The notes under the pieces were generated by a model, which saw only the letters and a program-made list of their open reading frames with translations, had not been told where the DNA came from and did no database searches. A stretch of 64,000 nucleotides of DNA from Lytechinus pictus (Eukaryota): contig NC_087250.1 of NCBI RefSeq assembly GCF_037042905.1, forward strand, positions 5,024,001 through 5,088,000, read 5' to 3'. Below are positions 50,598 to 62,929 of this stretch, piece by piece. Both the position numbers and the translations under genes were made by a program. Numbering within the stretch: position 1 is the stretch's first letter; each line of letters begins with the position of its first letter.

Positions 50598-52574
50598 ATG
50601 GCCACCAAACCAGATTCGGTCCAGGGATTGCACTGTCCAATGTGTCTCGATGTCATCAGGGACGCTACCATTCTCTGCTGTGGACATTCCTTTTGCAGGG
50701 ACTGCCTGGAAGCATATGACAAACAGCACAAGGACCTGAAGCACATTGTCTGTCCAGTCTGCAGGAAGTCCACCAAGCTTGACAAGGACCGGATCGCGGG
50801 ATTAACGCCCAACTTCCTGGCCAAGGGACTTGAGGATATCCTGAAGGTCGAAGACAGCGGAGAAAGTATTGAAGACGCATATTCCAAATTCTGTCCTTTT
50901 CACAGTGACATCTACCAAGATATATACTGTCAGGCTTGTACTAAGTTCATCTGTCTCTCATGTTTTATTGACTCTCATCAAGGTCATAAGATTAAGAAAA
51001 AGGAGGAGCTTGAGCGGGAGTTAAAGATCAGAAAAGAAGCTGTTCTGCAGAGAAGCGAGATAAGAAAGACCCAACTTGAGAAACACTTGAGTGAAGCTGA
51101 CCAACAAAGAGAGCAACTGAAATCCCACCTGGGTAGTTTGGAGATGAAAGTCATGGATGCCTTTGCCATCAAAGTTGATATTCTTCAGCGAAATAAAGAA
51201 GAGTTGCTAGAAAAGATAACAGGTCTCAAAGTAACTTCTGACAGGGTGTTCGGGCATTGCACTTCTCAGTGGAGGGAAGTGATCGACAGGATAGACCAGT
51301 CTAGCAAACTTTTGATAAGTCATTCAAAGAAGCATCTTGATCCAAATGTGATTGAAGGGGACAATCTTAAATGCGATGATCTAGAAAAAGCATTGGCTAA
51401 AACTACAGATGAGGAAACTTTAGTTTGTGCAGCACAATTATTGAAAGATGTAGAGGCCGTACAATTCAGTCCTGCTGATGATAAGCTTCTTGACCTAGGC
51501 TGTATGGATTCTGGTCAGAAGGACAATTTGAATGGCAGTCAGAACATGAATGTGGCTTCTTTAGTATCTGAAGAGTCCAGTGTTCCGCAGGCTAGCAGCA
51601 CAGAAACCTTGATTCTCCATCTGAATCCCGTGACAGAAGGAAAGCTTCTTTTTGCCACAGAAGGAAAGGGAACAAGGAAACGTAGGAGGAACAGGAAAAG
51701 AGTTCAGCAAGCTACAAGCATTGATTCCCCATTTCCAGAATATGCACGGCTTTCAAAGTCTGTAAAAATTGTTATGGCCAGTGGCTTCTCTTTCCAGGAA
51801 GGTCGCTTGTTTGGACTTGCAGCTCTGACAAAAGATTCAGTTGTTCTCGGTTATGCCATGGACCGAAAGGGTTGTGACCGCTACACTCTCTCTGGTAATG
51901 AGTCTCCATACTTTGGCAGTCAGGTAGGCGAGGTCTATGATGTAGCATTACTGTCTGATGGTCGGACCATCATCTCAAAGCACGGAAATGAGTTCTTTCT
52001 ATACAGCTCCTGTTCCAGTAATGGAGTTAGATTTACTTTGAAGCAACCTGATGGGGGATTCGTCCGAGTATGCACTGATATTCATGATAACATCTATGCT
52101 GTCAACATCAATCGCGAGATCTGCATCTTCCGCGCCAGTGATGCTAAACCACAGAAAGTGATTCCCACCGGGGGAATCCAGCCAAAGCAGATCAGCGTTA
52201 CCAAGACTGGCATAATGATCACCACTACCGGAGACATCCAACCTAGCACGGTCACAGTCTTTGACCAGGAAGGGCGTGCCGGAACCTCCATCGTTGCTAC
52301 AAAGAACTTTGAGTATGTGTACGCCACAGTGGACAGCCAGGACCGCGTCTTGGTAGCCAAGGTGCACAGTGGTTCAGACAAGATCGATCTAACCAGGTAC
52401 AGGTTGCAGGGTCTCCAGCTCGTAAAGGAAGTGATCTTTGCTCCTGTTACAATGTCCTGTCCAATCTATTCCAGTATGTTCTTGAGTTCATTCTTCTATA
52501 TTGTCAGCCTTAGCCCGGCCATGGTTGCAGTTGCGACCAGGCACCATCTCTACTTCATAGAGCTTCAAGCCTAG
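50598..52574 (+). CDS. TRIM-family E3 ligase (RING-HC, B-box2, coiled coil, NHL-like beta-propeller; TRIM56/TRIM2-3/TRIM71-like architecture), single coding exon, 658 aa
   Basis: RING CPMC..CGHSFC..C..CPVC; B-box CPFH..CQAC..ICLSC..H..H; heptad-rich region; beta-strand repeats at the C-terminus. Likely start MATKP (gcaATGG) just after a polypyrimidine tract and acceptor at 50565-50566. The ORF track extends the frame to 50337. Confidence 0.92.
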   Translation: MATKPDSVQGLHCPMCLDVIRDATILCCGHSFCRDCLEAYDKQHKDLKHIVCPVCRKSTKLDKDRIAGLTPNFLAKGLEDILKVEDSGESIEDAYSKFCPFHSDIYQDIYCQACTKFICLSCFIDSHQGHKIKKKEELERELKIRKEAVLQRSEIRKTQLEKHLSEADQQREQLKSHLGSLEMKVMDAFAIKVDILQRNKEELLEKITGLKVTSDRVFGHCTSQWREVIDRIDQSSKLLISHSKKHLDPNVIEGDNLKCDDLEKALAKTTDEETLVCAAQLLKDVEAVQFSPADDKLLDLGCMDSGQKDNLNGSQNMNVASLVSEESSVPQASSTETLILHLNPVTEGKLLFATEGKGTRKRRRNRKRVQQATSIDSPFPEYARLSKSVKIVMASGFSFQEGRLFGLAALTKDSVVLGYAMDRKGCDRYTLSGNESPYFGSQVGEVYDVALLSDGRTIISKHGNEFFLYSSCSSNGVRFTLKQPDGGFVRVCTDIHDNIYAVNINREICIFRASDAKPQKVIPTGGIQPKQISVTKTGIMITTTGDIQPSTVTVFDQEGRAGTSIVATKNFEYVYATVDSQDRVLVAKVHSGSDKIDLTRYRLQGLQLVKEVIFAPVTMSCPIYSSMFLSSFFYIVSLSPAMVAVATRHHLYFIELQA

Positions 52575-53340
52575 CTATAGTGTGTTCTGGTTGACTGTCA
52601 CCTTGTCAACCTAATGGTATTCTCCACTCATTCCAACAAAAGCTTTTCCAAACGGACCAATGGTATTTCATTGGAAATAACATAATAGCTTTTGTCGGTC
52701 TAGAGTCTGTTTCATCTGTATGACGGTAGCATAGCGCCAACCATTGGGTTGCTGGACATAACGACCCACCAACAATTGTTTCTTCATGCTAGCATATTCT
52801 AGGTAAAGTGTGTCCTACCTTGTATTCCAAGGACTGTGTCTTATCTTTTCCTCTATGTCTGCTCTCTACCAAATTGTTCCTAATGTTGAATGTCGCACCA
52901 AGTAGAGTGACTTCAAACCAACCGATGGGATGTCTTTGGTAATAACTGACAGGCTTTGTCAGTCTGGGCCCTGTCTTACAATGAGTTACGATTGATTCAA
53001 TCAATCTCAACTGTATGGATATCCATCCACTCCATATTTTTTTCTTCAGGAAATCAGCTCAATCTCCTTAGTAAACAAAGAATCACATTGAATCTTGAAG
53101 AGAATGATGAATGTATCAACATACATCATATCTAGAAATTATTTTGAAAACAAATTTACATTTTAGATGTTGACTTTGCTGGCCGTCAATAATTGTAGTT
53201 GATTGGAAAAAAAAACTCCCTACAGCCACATCCTAAACAGAACTGGTTTGAGAAGTAGAGATGTTTTAAGTTGTTGGAGACTGAATGATTTTGCTTGCTA
53301 TAACACATGTTTCCATGGACTCCAGACAGTCTAATAAAAG

Positions 53341-53940
53341 GGGCTTCTCTACACTCTATTTCCCTTTAATCGGAAACCAATCTTTTAGGTTGAAGTTAGA
53401 AACCAATCGAAATTCAGATATTAAAAAAGAGATTGATATTTAATAATCCATTAGATAAGTAGGTTTCTCTACCATCTGTTCCATTGATTGGAAACCAATC
53501 TATAAGATTAAAATTTGAAACTAATCCAAAATTAGATTGAGAAAGAGATATTTAAATCCATTAGATAATTAGGTTTCTCTACCCTCTGTTCCAATGATTG
53601 GATACCAATCTGTAAAGTTGAAATTTGAAACCAATCTAAAATCAGATTGAGAAAGAGATATTTGATCCATTAGATAATTAGGTTTCTCTGCCCTCTGTTC
53701 CAATGATCGGAAACCAATCTATAAGGTTGAAATTGAAAACCAATCCAAAATCGGATTGAGAAAGAGATATTTAATCCATTAGATAATTAGGTTTCTCTAC
53801 CCTCTGTTCCATTGATTGGAAACCAATCGATAAAGTTGAAATTGGAAACCAATCCAAAATCAGATTGAGAAAGGGATTGATGATTAATCCATTAAATCAT
53901 TATGTTTGTACATCTTTATTTGATTGGAAACCAATTTGTG
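53341..53940. repeat. About 110-bp minisatellite (about 5.5 copies) with the GATTGG-AAA-CCAATC palindrome
   Basis: ggtttctct.cc.tctgttcca at 53462, 53572, 53681 and 53790. Confidence 0.9.
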
Positions 53941-54293
53941 TAAGGCTGAAGTTGATATCAAATCTATTAAATTGAGATGTTAAATTTAATTTTGGCTTGG
54001 TCCTACATTCCAATATGAAGAGAGTGGTATTAATGTAACCATGTAGTCCATGAAGCAGTGCTTTAGTTGAAAAAACATTACTTTTTCATTTCATCTCGTC
54101 TTTATTAACTTTAATTTAAAGCTATCTGGTTTTATTGTATTTTATTTTCATTTATTTTTGTTTGTAGCAGGTTAAACGGCAGTTTCATCACATTGTAAAA
54201 AAAAAAAAAAAGACACATGATTATTGGTTTAGAAAAGATGATTTTTGTTGATTTGTTTCACTTATGATAGTACTTAATATTTTCATGAATCTA

Positions 54294-54735
54294 CAGTTGT
54301 GCTCAAAAGTTGGTGAACCCCAAGGCCACCAGAAAATGCACCCTTTCATGCCGTGTGTTGAATGTAGACAACAACAATATAATCACTAGCGTACCTACGG
54401 GGGGGGGGGGCAGAGGGGGCAGAATATATCCCTGCCCCCCTGACGAGTCTTGTAGACTGGTACGAAATCCTTTATTTGTGGTTGAAGACCTTTTTTTTTT
54501 GGGGGGGGGGGGGTTGTCAAATTTTTTGGTGGACGAATTTGCCCCCCCCCCCCTGTGGAAAATCCTACGTACGCCACTGAATATAATGTTTGGCAAGCCC
54601 GGAGAAACAAGCCTTATTTGAATGTAATATTTTATCACCTGACTTCACGGCTAAATACCTAAAACATGACGTAACTTGAATACGTTGAATTATTATAATT
54701 TTCTGGTGGGGTTCACAAACTTTTGAGCACCTCTG
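54294..54735. mobile_element. Tc1-like MITE (TA-flanked) containing a hAT MITE at 54384-54579 (TSD aatataat)
   Basis: ta|cagttgtgctcaaaagttggtgaacccc ... ggggttcacaaactttttgagcacctctg|ta. Confidence 0.85.
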
Positions 54736-55072
54736 TATATAGTTCATCTAGCTGATCGTTGTATAATTGTTCAAGAAAGAACATTTGTGTTCATTGTTTA
54801 CTAGAATGAAAAAAAGTAATTTTCAGTACTTTTCTGAATATTTTATACGTTTATTTCTACATGAGAGAAATGTTTTGTTCTGTATATTAAAGAAAACCTT
54901 AACAAGCAAAACATGAAGTATTGATTCTTTCAATTTGTTGTTCTTACTCAGTCTTTATTTATTTCTGTTGTGAGAAATACTCGACCAGGGGAGCATTTCA
55001 TGATCATTTTGTTGTCCGACAATATCTGACAACTTTCCTTGATTTTGATTGGCTGAGAAGCACTATTACTAT

Positions 55073-55868
55073 CAGGGGCGGATCCAGGATTTTCCAAAGG
55101 GGGGGGGGGCAAATTTTTCAAAGAAAAATTTGACAAGCAAAAAAATAAAAAAAATGTTTTCAACCAGACATTAAGGATATTTCGTACCCGAAAAAATTTG
55201 ACAAGCAAAAAAAAAAAAAAAGGTCTTCAATTTCAAAAGAGGGGGCACACCTCTGTTTTAATGGCATTTTTACATAAATTTTAATTTTGCTTTTCAAAAA
55301 GGGGGGGGGGCAAGGGCCGCCTGTGCCCCCCCCCCCCTGCATCCACCGGTGATTACTCTTGAAACTGTCAGATAAAACGTCCGATGAGACCAGGGGCGGA
55401 TCCAGGATTTTCCAAAGGGGGGGGGGGGCACATTTTCCCGAGGAAAAATCTGACAAGGCAAAAAAAAAAGTCCTCGCTTTCAAAGGGGGAGGGGCACACT
55501 TGTGCTTTAACGCATTTTTACATTGCAAATTCTAATTGTGCCTCTCAAGGGGGGTGGGCACGAGCCAGTTGTGCCCCCTCCCCCGTGGATCCGCCTGTGA
55601 ATGGATGAGACATTTCATGAAACGCTTCCCCGAGTCTTGATTATGAAGAGCTATATCAATGGTGACCAGGGGCGGATCCAGGATTTTCCAAAAGGGGAGG
55701 GGGGCACATTTTTCCGAGCAAAAAGTTGACAAGCAAAAAAAAGTATTCACTTTCAGGGGAAGGGAGGCACACTTCTGTTTTAATGGCATTTTTAAATTAC
55801 AAATTTTAATTTTGCTTCTCAAGGGGGGGGGAACGGGCCGGCTGTGCCCATCTAAGGATCCGCCAGTG
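55073..55868. mobile_element. Three hAT MITEs of one family (55073-55351, 55391-55603, 55667-55868), each with its own 8-bp TSD
   Basis: All start caggggcggatccaggattttccaaa. TSDs attactat/attactct, gatgagac/gatgagac and atggtgac/atggtaac. Confidence 0.88.
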
Positions 55869-56005
55869 ATGGTAACTTTGGCATTATTGCAACTACCATG
55901 GTGACGGGGCTCAGCAGCCAATCACTATCAAGTTTCCCATGTTGGAGAGTTAACAATAGTAGTAATGTTCCATAGTTATGACGTTGCGTAACGGATCCCA
56001 GTATT

Positions 56006-56119
56006 CAGTGGCGGACCGTGACCCGGAGGAAACAAAGCATTGGAGGGGCACAGCGTTGTTCACAAACAATACAGTGCCCCTCCAAAGCTTTGTTACCTCC
56101 GGGTCACGGTCCGCCACTG
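56006..56119. mobile_element. 114-bp near-perfect hairpin hAT MITE, exact TSD ccagtatt
   Basis: cagtggcggaccgtgacccggagg ... cctccgggtcacggtccgccactg. Confidence 0.92.
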
Positions 56120-57491
56120 CCAGTATTCATAGCAGAAACATTGCCAAAACAGAAGGGTTTAACACAAATTTTGTGCGCAGATACATGTAATATATTCTGT
56201 TAATGTGTAGCAATAATAAGTGGCCCCTAAAGTTCTGGGGGCCGGGGGGGGGGGGGGGCGGAAGAAGAAACAGATAAATCTGCACCTGGCATACTGATCA
56301 GATTAGACCATGCAATTTAATTCTAAAGCACAAATTAAGTTGCTATACTGACCCCCCCCCCCTCCTCTGGCAAAACTCATTTTCTTTTTTCGTCTTTAAT
56401 TTTCACCTTTTTTCCGTCGGTAGTAGTCGGTGAACAATGTATAATTTTTCTTCATAAATTATGGCACATTCAGTTTTATGAATGGCTTTTGGGGAGCCAT
56501 TCTTTTCAGTAACTATGAAACACAGAATTTGCACTGAACGAACATGGACCCCCCCCCCCTTTATGGATTAAAAAATTGCCAATGAATTCATTTAGGGGTA
56601 TTGTCCGGGTATTTAGGGGGATGAAGTGGTGCGCATGGGCGACCCTAAGATGCCATTTTATCGATAGAATAATAAGGATATTGTAAGCTTGGCATATGAT
56701 CGACCCTGGCTTCTCCTTTTGATATTCTTCTTTCTTCCATGTTTGCGCTTTATTTTGTCCTTATTTATTTTTATTCATTCCTATAGGAGGGAGGGGGTGT
56801 GCCCCCCTGTCTACCCATAGCGGCATCGCCTCTTTGCTTGCAGTACGTACTTTCTCGCATATGCCCGTTTAGTTCTATCGAAAATGTTTGTTTTTACCCT
56901 CTGATTTTTCCTGTGCCTTTATGTACCATAATTATTTTGGTTTTGTATTAATCCCGGATGAAAAGGGGAATTTCAATAGCGCCATCTACGTTTGTATCCA
57001 TATATTGGAAATCCGAGCAAGTTGCTTTTCAAACTTGTCTCGTATTTGGTGAATAATAAAGATTCCCAAAATGCGTGTTATTAATCTACCTTTGCCGCTC
57101 TCAGCCCAGGTAATGCAACACAAATTGCTTGGATAGCCGCAGCGTGTCACTCGAAATTATGGACTCGCCCTTTTAGATGAAAATATCAATTTGAATATTA
57201 TTTCTATTGTCATGATTTTCTTTCAACAGCATCATCATTTTCTTACTGGTTATGAACATGTCATGTTCACACTGTTTTTAAACATTTTATACACAATTCG
57301 ATCACACATGTGGAACACTTGCAGGATCATGTTCCCACGGTCAAAATGCTCGAACAGGGTATACCATTCAATATGTTATTTACAGAGTCCGCTATATGAA
57401 CAATGTGTGTCAAATTATCTTGAATTTGAGCATTTTATCATAGGATCACAGGCACTTTTTCACACAGACCTGTGCGCGCACTGTCAACACA

Positions 57492-57737
57492 CACTGCAAA
57501 AACTCCGGTGTTGATTTAACACCAGCCCGGAATCTATATATGTCCACACCAGAAAAGTATTGAAGCAACACCAGTTTGGAATCAAACCGATGCTGTTTTA
57601 ATACTAATTGATGTTGTATAAAAACTTATCTGGTGTTAGACCAAAACGAAACTGGAGTTGCTTAACACTTCTCTGGTGTGGACATATGTAGATCCCTGGC
57701 TGGTGTTAATTAAATAAACACCAGAGTTTTTGCAGTG
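57492..57737. mobile_element. CACT-family palindromic MITE (CA TSD)
   Basis: ca|cactgcaaaaactccggtg ... ccagagtttttgcagtg|ca. Confidence 0.88.
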
Positions 57738-58169
57738 CACACACTGCCTTGTAATGCGGCCGTTTCTCCATTTATGCCATTTGTAATCTGTAAACCTTTC
57801 ATAAATATACCTCTTTTCACAAAAAGATCACTCCCTCACCCACCCCCTCCTCCCACTCCCCCTCCCCCACATCCTACACCAACGTCATCACAACATTCAA
57901 ATAAGTAAGTCGACAGAGGAGGGCGTTTGTTTCGACACCGAGAAATTATTGATACAGATGAATGTGTATTCATGGCATTCCAGATAAATATTTTACCTCG
58001 ATACAATCATTACCTTGTCAAGCTCGCAACACATCACCGCCGGAGATGACGCCCAGAAAGTGATGGTGGCTCTGATGAATGAAACTTGGCCTTGTCGTGG
58101 AAACTATTGATTTTGGTATTGGAAGACACCAAGGATCATTTTTTTAAACTTTGAATTCGGATTTTTAAT

Positions 58170-58204
58170 ATGGATTATCAGTTGTATATAATCTCTTTAC
58201 TGCG
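58170..58204 (+). CDS. Possible first coding exon (MDYQLYIISLL...) of a gene continuing beyond the window
   Basis: aatATGG, short hydrophobic start, strong donor GCG|gtaagt, unique sequence upstream. No downstream exon found in the window. Confidence 0.3.
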
Positions 58205-59032
58205 GTAAGTATCTTTTTTAATACAGCCATCGTACTTTTAAGGCTGCGAAGGAGCTAGGTGTTTATTTATTTTCTTTATTTTTTCTATTAATATTGATAG
58301 TGCATACTTTCTCATTTTCTTCTGTAACCTATACTGGAAAGTTTAACGCCTTATACAACCTATCAACTTATATACATAGCCAGTATTCACTTTAAATCGC
58401 AGAGATTTGAAATAATTCCAGTTGAAGTATATAATTATGGATCAATCGAATTCTGGATTTAGTTTGAATCCTACAGATTACTTTTTAAATATCAAAGGAT
58501 TTGAATTCAATTCCATCGAGATTTAAAACAGTATTATTTTTCAAGAATTCAAGCTAAATCTGGATTAAGTTTGAATCCTACGTACAGTTGTTTAAATCTG
58601 AAATCATTGAAATTCAATTCCCCGAGATTTAAAACTAAATTTTTAGCATTCAAACTATATCCATAATTCGATTTGTCCCTAACTCCAGTCCATCTTGATT
58701 TATTTCATATCCCTGCAATTTAGAGTTTTGGTTATATCTGAAATAACCTAATTATGTGTAACATTTGAGCAGCAATGTTCTATTGTTATTGCTCAAAAGT
58801 TGAATATTGTTGTTCGGACTTTTAAAATATTTGGTTATAAAATTTTCTTCAACCTGTAACTTCATACAGTAACTCAGTTTATATAACATCTATACAGGAT
58901 TAATTTCTTGTTTATAGTTGTCAAATAATATGAAAAAGGGAGTACACTGTACATAACGCTGTTTACTATATAAAACTTATCCTAGATATTTACACGCTTG
59001 AAACAAGTATTTGAAATCTAACAAACGTTTAA

Positions 59033-59622
59033 AGGAAACCAAAACCCAAGAAGAGAAGCAATCTTATGGGAAAGAGTAAAATGAGAGGATCAATTTAAAA
59101 CAAGTTTTACAAAATCGCGGGTTATGAAGTAAGCGAGTTATGGACGTTTAAAAGAGTCTTGTTGTACTTTCTATAGGATCCTCAAATTGGCAAACAGGCT
59201 TCAAAATGGCTGATTTTGTGCACAACTCTCCATTTGTTTTGTACACAAATTTTCAGATTTTCCCCTTTATTTTACATATTTCAAATAATCTCCTCCTGAC
59301 CGTGACATATGTGGGGTGAATCATATTTCCCCTTAACATAATTATGTTGTGCTCAGAAGGAGGCAAGATGCAATTTGAAAGATAATTAGGAATATCTGAA
59401 AATTTGTGTACAAAACAAAAGGAGAGTAGTCCACAAAATCAGCCATTTTGAAGCACGTTTGCCAATTTGAGGATCCCATAGAAAGTACAACAAGAGTTTT
59501 TAAACGCCCATGCATAACTTGCTTATTTCATAACCGATTTTGATGAAACTTGTTTTAAATTGTTCCTCTCATTTTACTCTTTCCAATAAAATTGCTTCTC
59601 CTCTTGGGTTTTGGTTTCTTTT
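59033..59622. mobile_element. About 590-bp palindromic TTAA (Kolobok-like) element with about 250-bp arms, nested in a CAC-ended MITE (58945-59742)
   Basis: aggaaaccaaaacccaagaagagaagcaat versus attgcttctcctcttgggttttggtttc; arms pair over their length. Confidence 0.85.
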
Positions 59623-60261
59623 TTAAATTGAATTATCAATACATTAAAAGCATGGTTGTTCAAATTGTTACACAACTACAACTGTAAGGTTCATAATTTA
59701 GTAAACAACGTTGTATGAAATTTAAACAACATTTTTAACGTGTACATCCAATGATGCGTATTTCCCATGGGCGGCAGTCATACATGGATACACCACGTTT
59801 TGTTTTATGTTTGTCATCGAAAACAATCATTCAGAATACACATTTTGAATGGGAAATTCACCCTGACAAAAAGTTTACTTAAAAGCAGAACAAATGAAAA
59901 CTATTGATGAAGGTTTAAGGAAAATCCATCCAGTATTAAGAAAGTTACTTTTATTTTGTGACGTCATATGCAAGCATGCAGCTTCCCATGATTTATCGTG
60001 TGGTAAAAAAAATCAATGAACTGTAATTAAAAAAAAATATATATATATAGAAAAAAGGTATATTTTAATATAGGCCTACTTCCAGCATATTAACATACAA
60101 ATCTTTTCCCATATAAGCTACTACAAGAAAACCAGTTTTTGGTCATCAGGAACCATTATAAATATGATAAAATAAAAATTCATGTTGTTTCACATTTCAT
60201 AAAAATATGTTCGGCAGCTTCTCGTATATGAAGTCACAACAAACACATGAAATTCCAATAA

Positions 60262-60363
60262 CTTTCTTGCTGAATGAAAACACGCCATGGCTGGGAATCG
60301 AACCCGCGTCCCTCAGATTGAAAGACGATCTCGAGTCTTAACCACTACTCCGCGACGCCTCCA
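60262..60363 (-). mobile_element. SINE head fragment
   Basis: cgccatggctgggaatcgaacccgcg block shared with the family. Confidence 0.7.
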
Positions 60364-61380
60364 CACTGCCAAAATGCCTAGTTGGTCTGATTTTTACTCC
60401 ATCTACCTATTATTTCTTATCTTGGTCATATCAAAATTTTAAAGTAGCCTTAAAGACTAAGTGGTGTTAGACCAATAAAGTGAATATTAGATGAAAATGG
60501 TACAGAGCTAGCCTAACTGGAAAGTGAAACTAGGCTAAATGGTAATAAGAAGAAAAGAATTAGAAGAATGGAATCATGTTATTCTCCATAAAGGATATTC
60601 CATTTTCACTGGTTTAGACAGATATACAATGTATATAAAAACATAAAATGATTATTACATGGCAACGGAAGGAAATCATTTCATTCCAGGTTAACATTGT
60701 TCACATAAAATATACAACACACTAGAATAAGACTTATCATTATAGACGAAATGGTTGGTAGATAAACCGCACTGTAAAAAGGGACGCCTCTTTGTTTTTA
60801 TTCCTTTATTTTTCAAAAAAAGATGTAACTTTTAAGAGACACCAGACCTTTTCACACGTGAATCTTGAATCATCATTGTAATGACTGCAATTATTCGTCT
60901 TTAGAATCATCGGACCTTTCACACGCTCACTCGAAAACTGATCTGTGTGAAACTTTTTTTTTTCTTTTTAACCCTTCCTCAGGGTTCCTTTATTGAAATC
61001 ACTATAATACATATTTTTCGACAATACATAACTGACTAATTAAGACAGTATTTGACACATAATTTAAATATGTACAATACAATATTCCATGAAATTGTCG
61101 TAACATTTGTATAAAACTTAACTGGAATTCACCTCCGGAGTAGAATTTGAATTCGTGATTGTGATTAGCGTTCGTGATTCTAATCATGTTCTGGTTTGGT
61201 TTCACACGTGCTAAAAATTCGGCATTAGCCTTATTTATCACCAGAATCATCACGATTTTTTATTTAAAGGGCGGCATGATTCCGTTTAACATTCAAATTA
61301 AGTCTTCCGTCGCTCCCGTCACTAGAGTCTACCGCATTTTCATTCGTAGTTAAACCACAACTTTCGACCAGAGTTTAACC

Positions 61381-62090
61381 TGTGTGTTGGCTCAGTTGGT
61401 AGAGAGTCCGTCTCACAACCGGAAAGTCGGGGATTCGGTTACATTTCGTAATTCCGAAGGTTCTTTATTCCGAAGGTTCGTAATTCCGAAACACGCAAAT
61501 TGCCTATACCTCGATGTTCGTTAATCCGAAAACGTAAAAGGGTTCGTTAATCCGAACATTTGTGGCGTTGTTCCGAAGGTTCGTTATTCCGAAGTTTCGA
61601 TAATCCAAAAACAAAATAAGGTTCGATGTTCCGAAGGTTCGTTAATTCGAAAACGAAATAAGGTCCGTTGGTCCGAAGGTTCGTTAGTCCGAAAACGAAA
61701 TAAGGTTAGTTAATCATTTAGTTTTCGGACTAACGAACCTTCGGAATTACGAACCTCATTTCTTGTTCGGATTAACGAACCTTCGGAATAACGAACCTCA
61801 TTTCGTTTTCGGACTAACGCACTTTCGGAATTACGAACCTTCGGAAATACGAACCTTCGGAATAACGAACCTTCGGAATATCCGAACCTTCGGAATAACG
61901 AAGCTTCGAAATTACGAATGTATGCGGGGGATTCAAACCCCGGCCGCTTCAGACCAAAAGACGTTGAAAGATGGGAGTTGCTGCTACCCTGTTTGGCGTC
62001 CAACGATTAAAGGGATAGAGCCTAGTCGTTCTAAACTTGAAGCTGCGCAGCGGCTGCCGGGCCCATGATCAATTGGGCAAAGCAAATGTT
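61381..62090 (+). mobile_element. Second tRNA-derived SINE family, split by a MITE; possible related copy at about 22897-23090
   Basis: A-box tggctcagttggtagag; the B-box-like ggattcaaacccc is restored when the insertion is removed. Confidence 0.7.
61437..61926. mobile_element. Second copy (opposite orientation) of the 16-bp-repeat foldback MITE; exact 8-bp TSD ggggattc; inserted in a SINE
   Basis: TSD at 61429-61436 and 61927-61934; reverse-complement similarity to 2408-2865. Confidence 0.9.
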
Positions 62091-62929
62091 TGGAGTATTT
62101 AACTTCATGTCTATTTCGAACAATAAAATATGGATTTTATCTTTAACGATTCAAATTTAACCCGAGTTCAGAATACGGGCCGAAGTGATTAAAACCACAA
62201 TCACCCCTTCACTTCGGATCGAGGGCCGCACTAACGGTGATAAAATGTAAACAATTCGCAAACAATGATGTTATTTTTGCTTTTTTGCTAGCTTGTTATT
62301 TGTGTTTGTTTTGTTCAGAGTATACGAAGACTGTAGAACGTGGAACGTTTCCAAAAAAAAAAAAAACTAACAACGAGGAGCATTTTGTTTAACACCTAAA
62401 AGTGCTTTTAGTGGCATTTCTTTCTCAAAGAATGGGTGTATGAGTGTGTGGACGTGTGTGTAGGGTAAGGTAGAATGTGTGTATGTGTGTATATTAGTTT
62501 ATTCTCTCGTGGGGTATAAATCAGATATATATATATTTGGCAGGAGTTTCTGCATTTAATGTAGAGTCAAAATAAATTTACAATACATAATCATAATCAT
62601 AAGTAGTACATAGCAATGTGACAAATTTATAACAGAGTAATAAAACAATTGACATAATAAATAAAATTTGAGCATAAGACAGAGTAATGAAAACATAAAT
62701 GCAGTGGCAAACTATATATGCAAAATAAATGCCCGAGTAATAGCAGCCAAAGGGGGAAAGGGCTTCATGAAAACCAATTACATTGCATAGTCTATATATG
62801 GAAGAAAAAATCTGATGTCACAAATCATCAGTAAATGAGAATGAAGAAAAATGAAGAAATGTAGTGTGCGTGTGTGTGCAAGTGGATGAACGTGCAGGTG
62901 TGATATTTAAGAATACTTCGATAAAAGAT

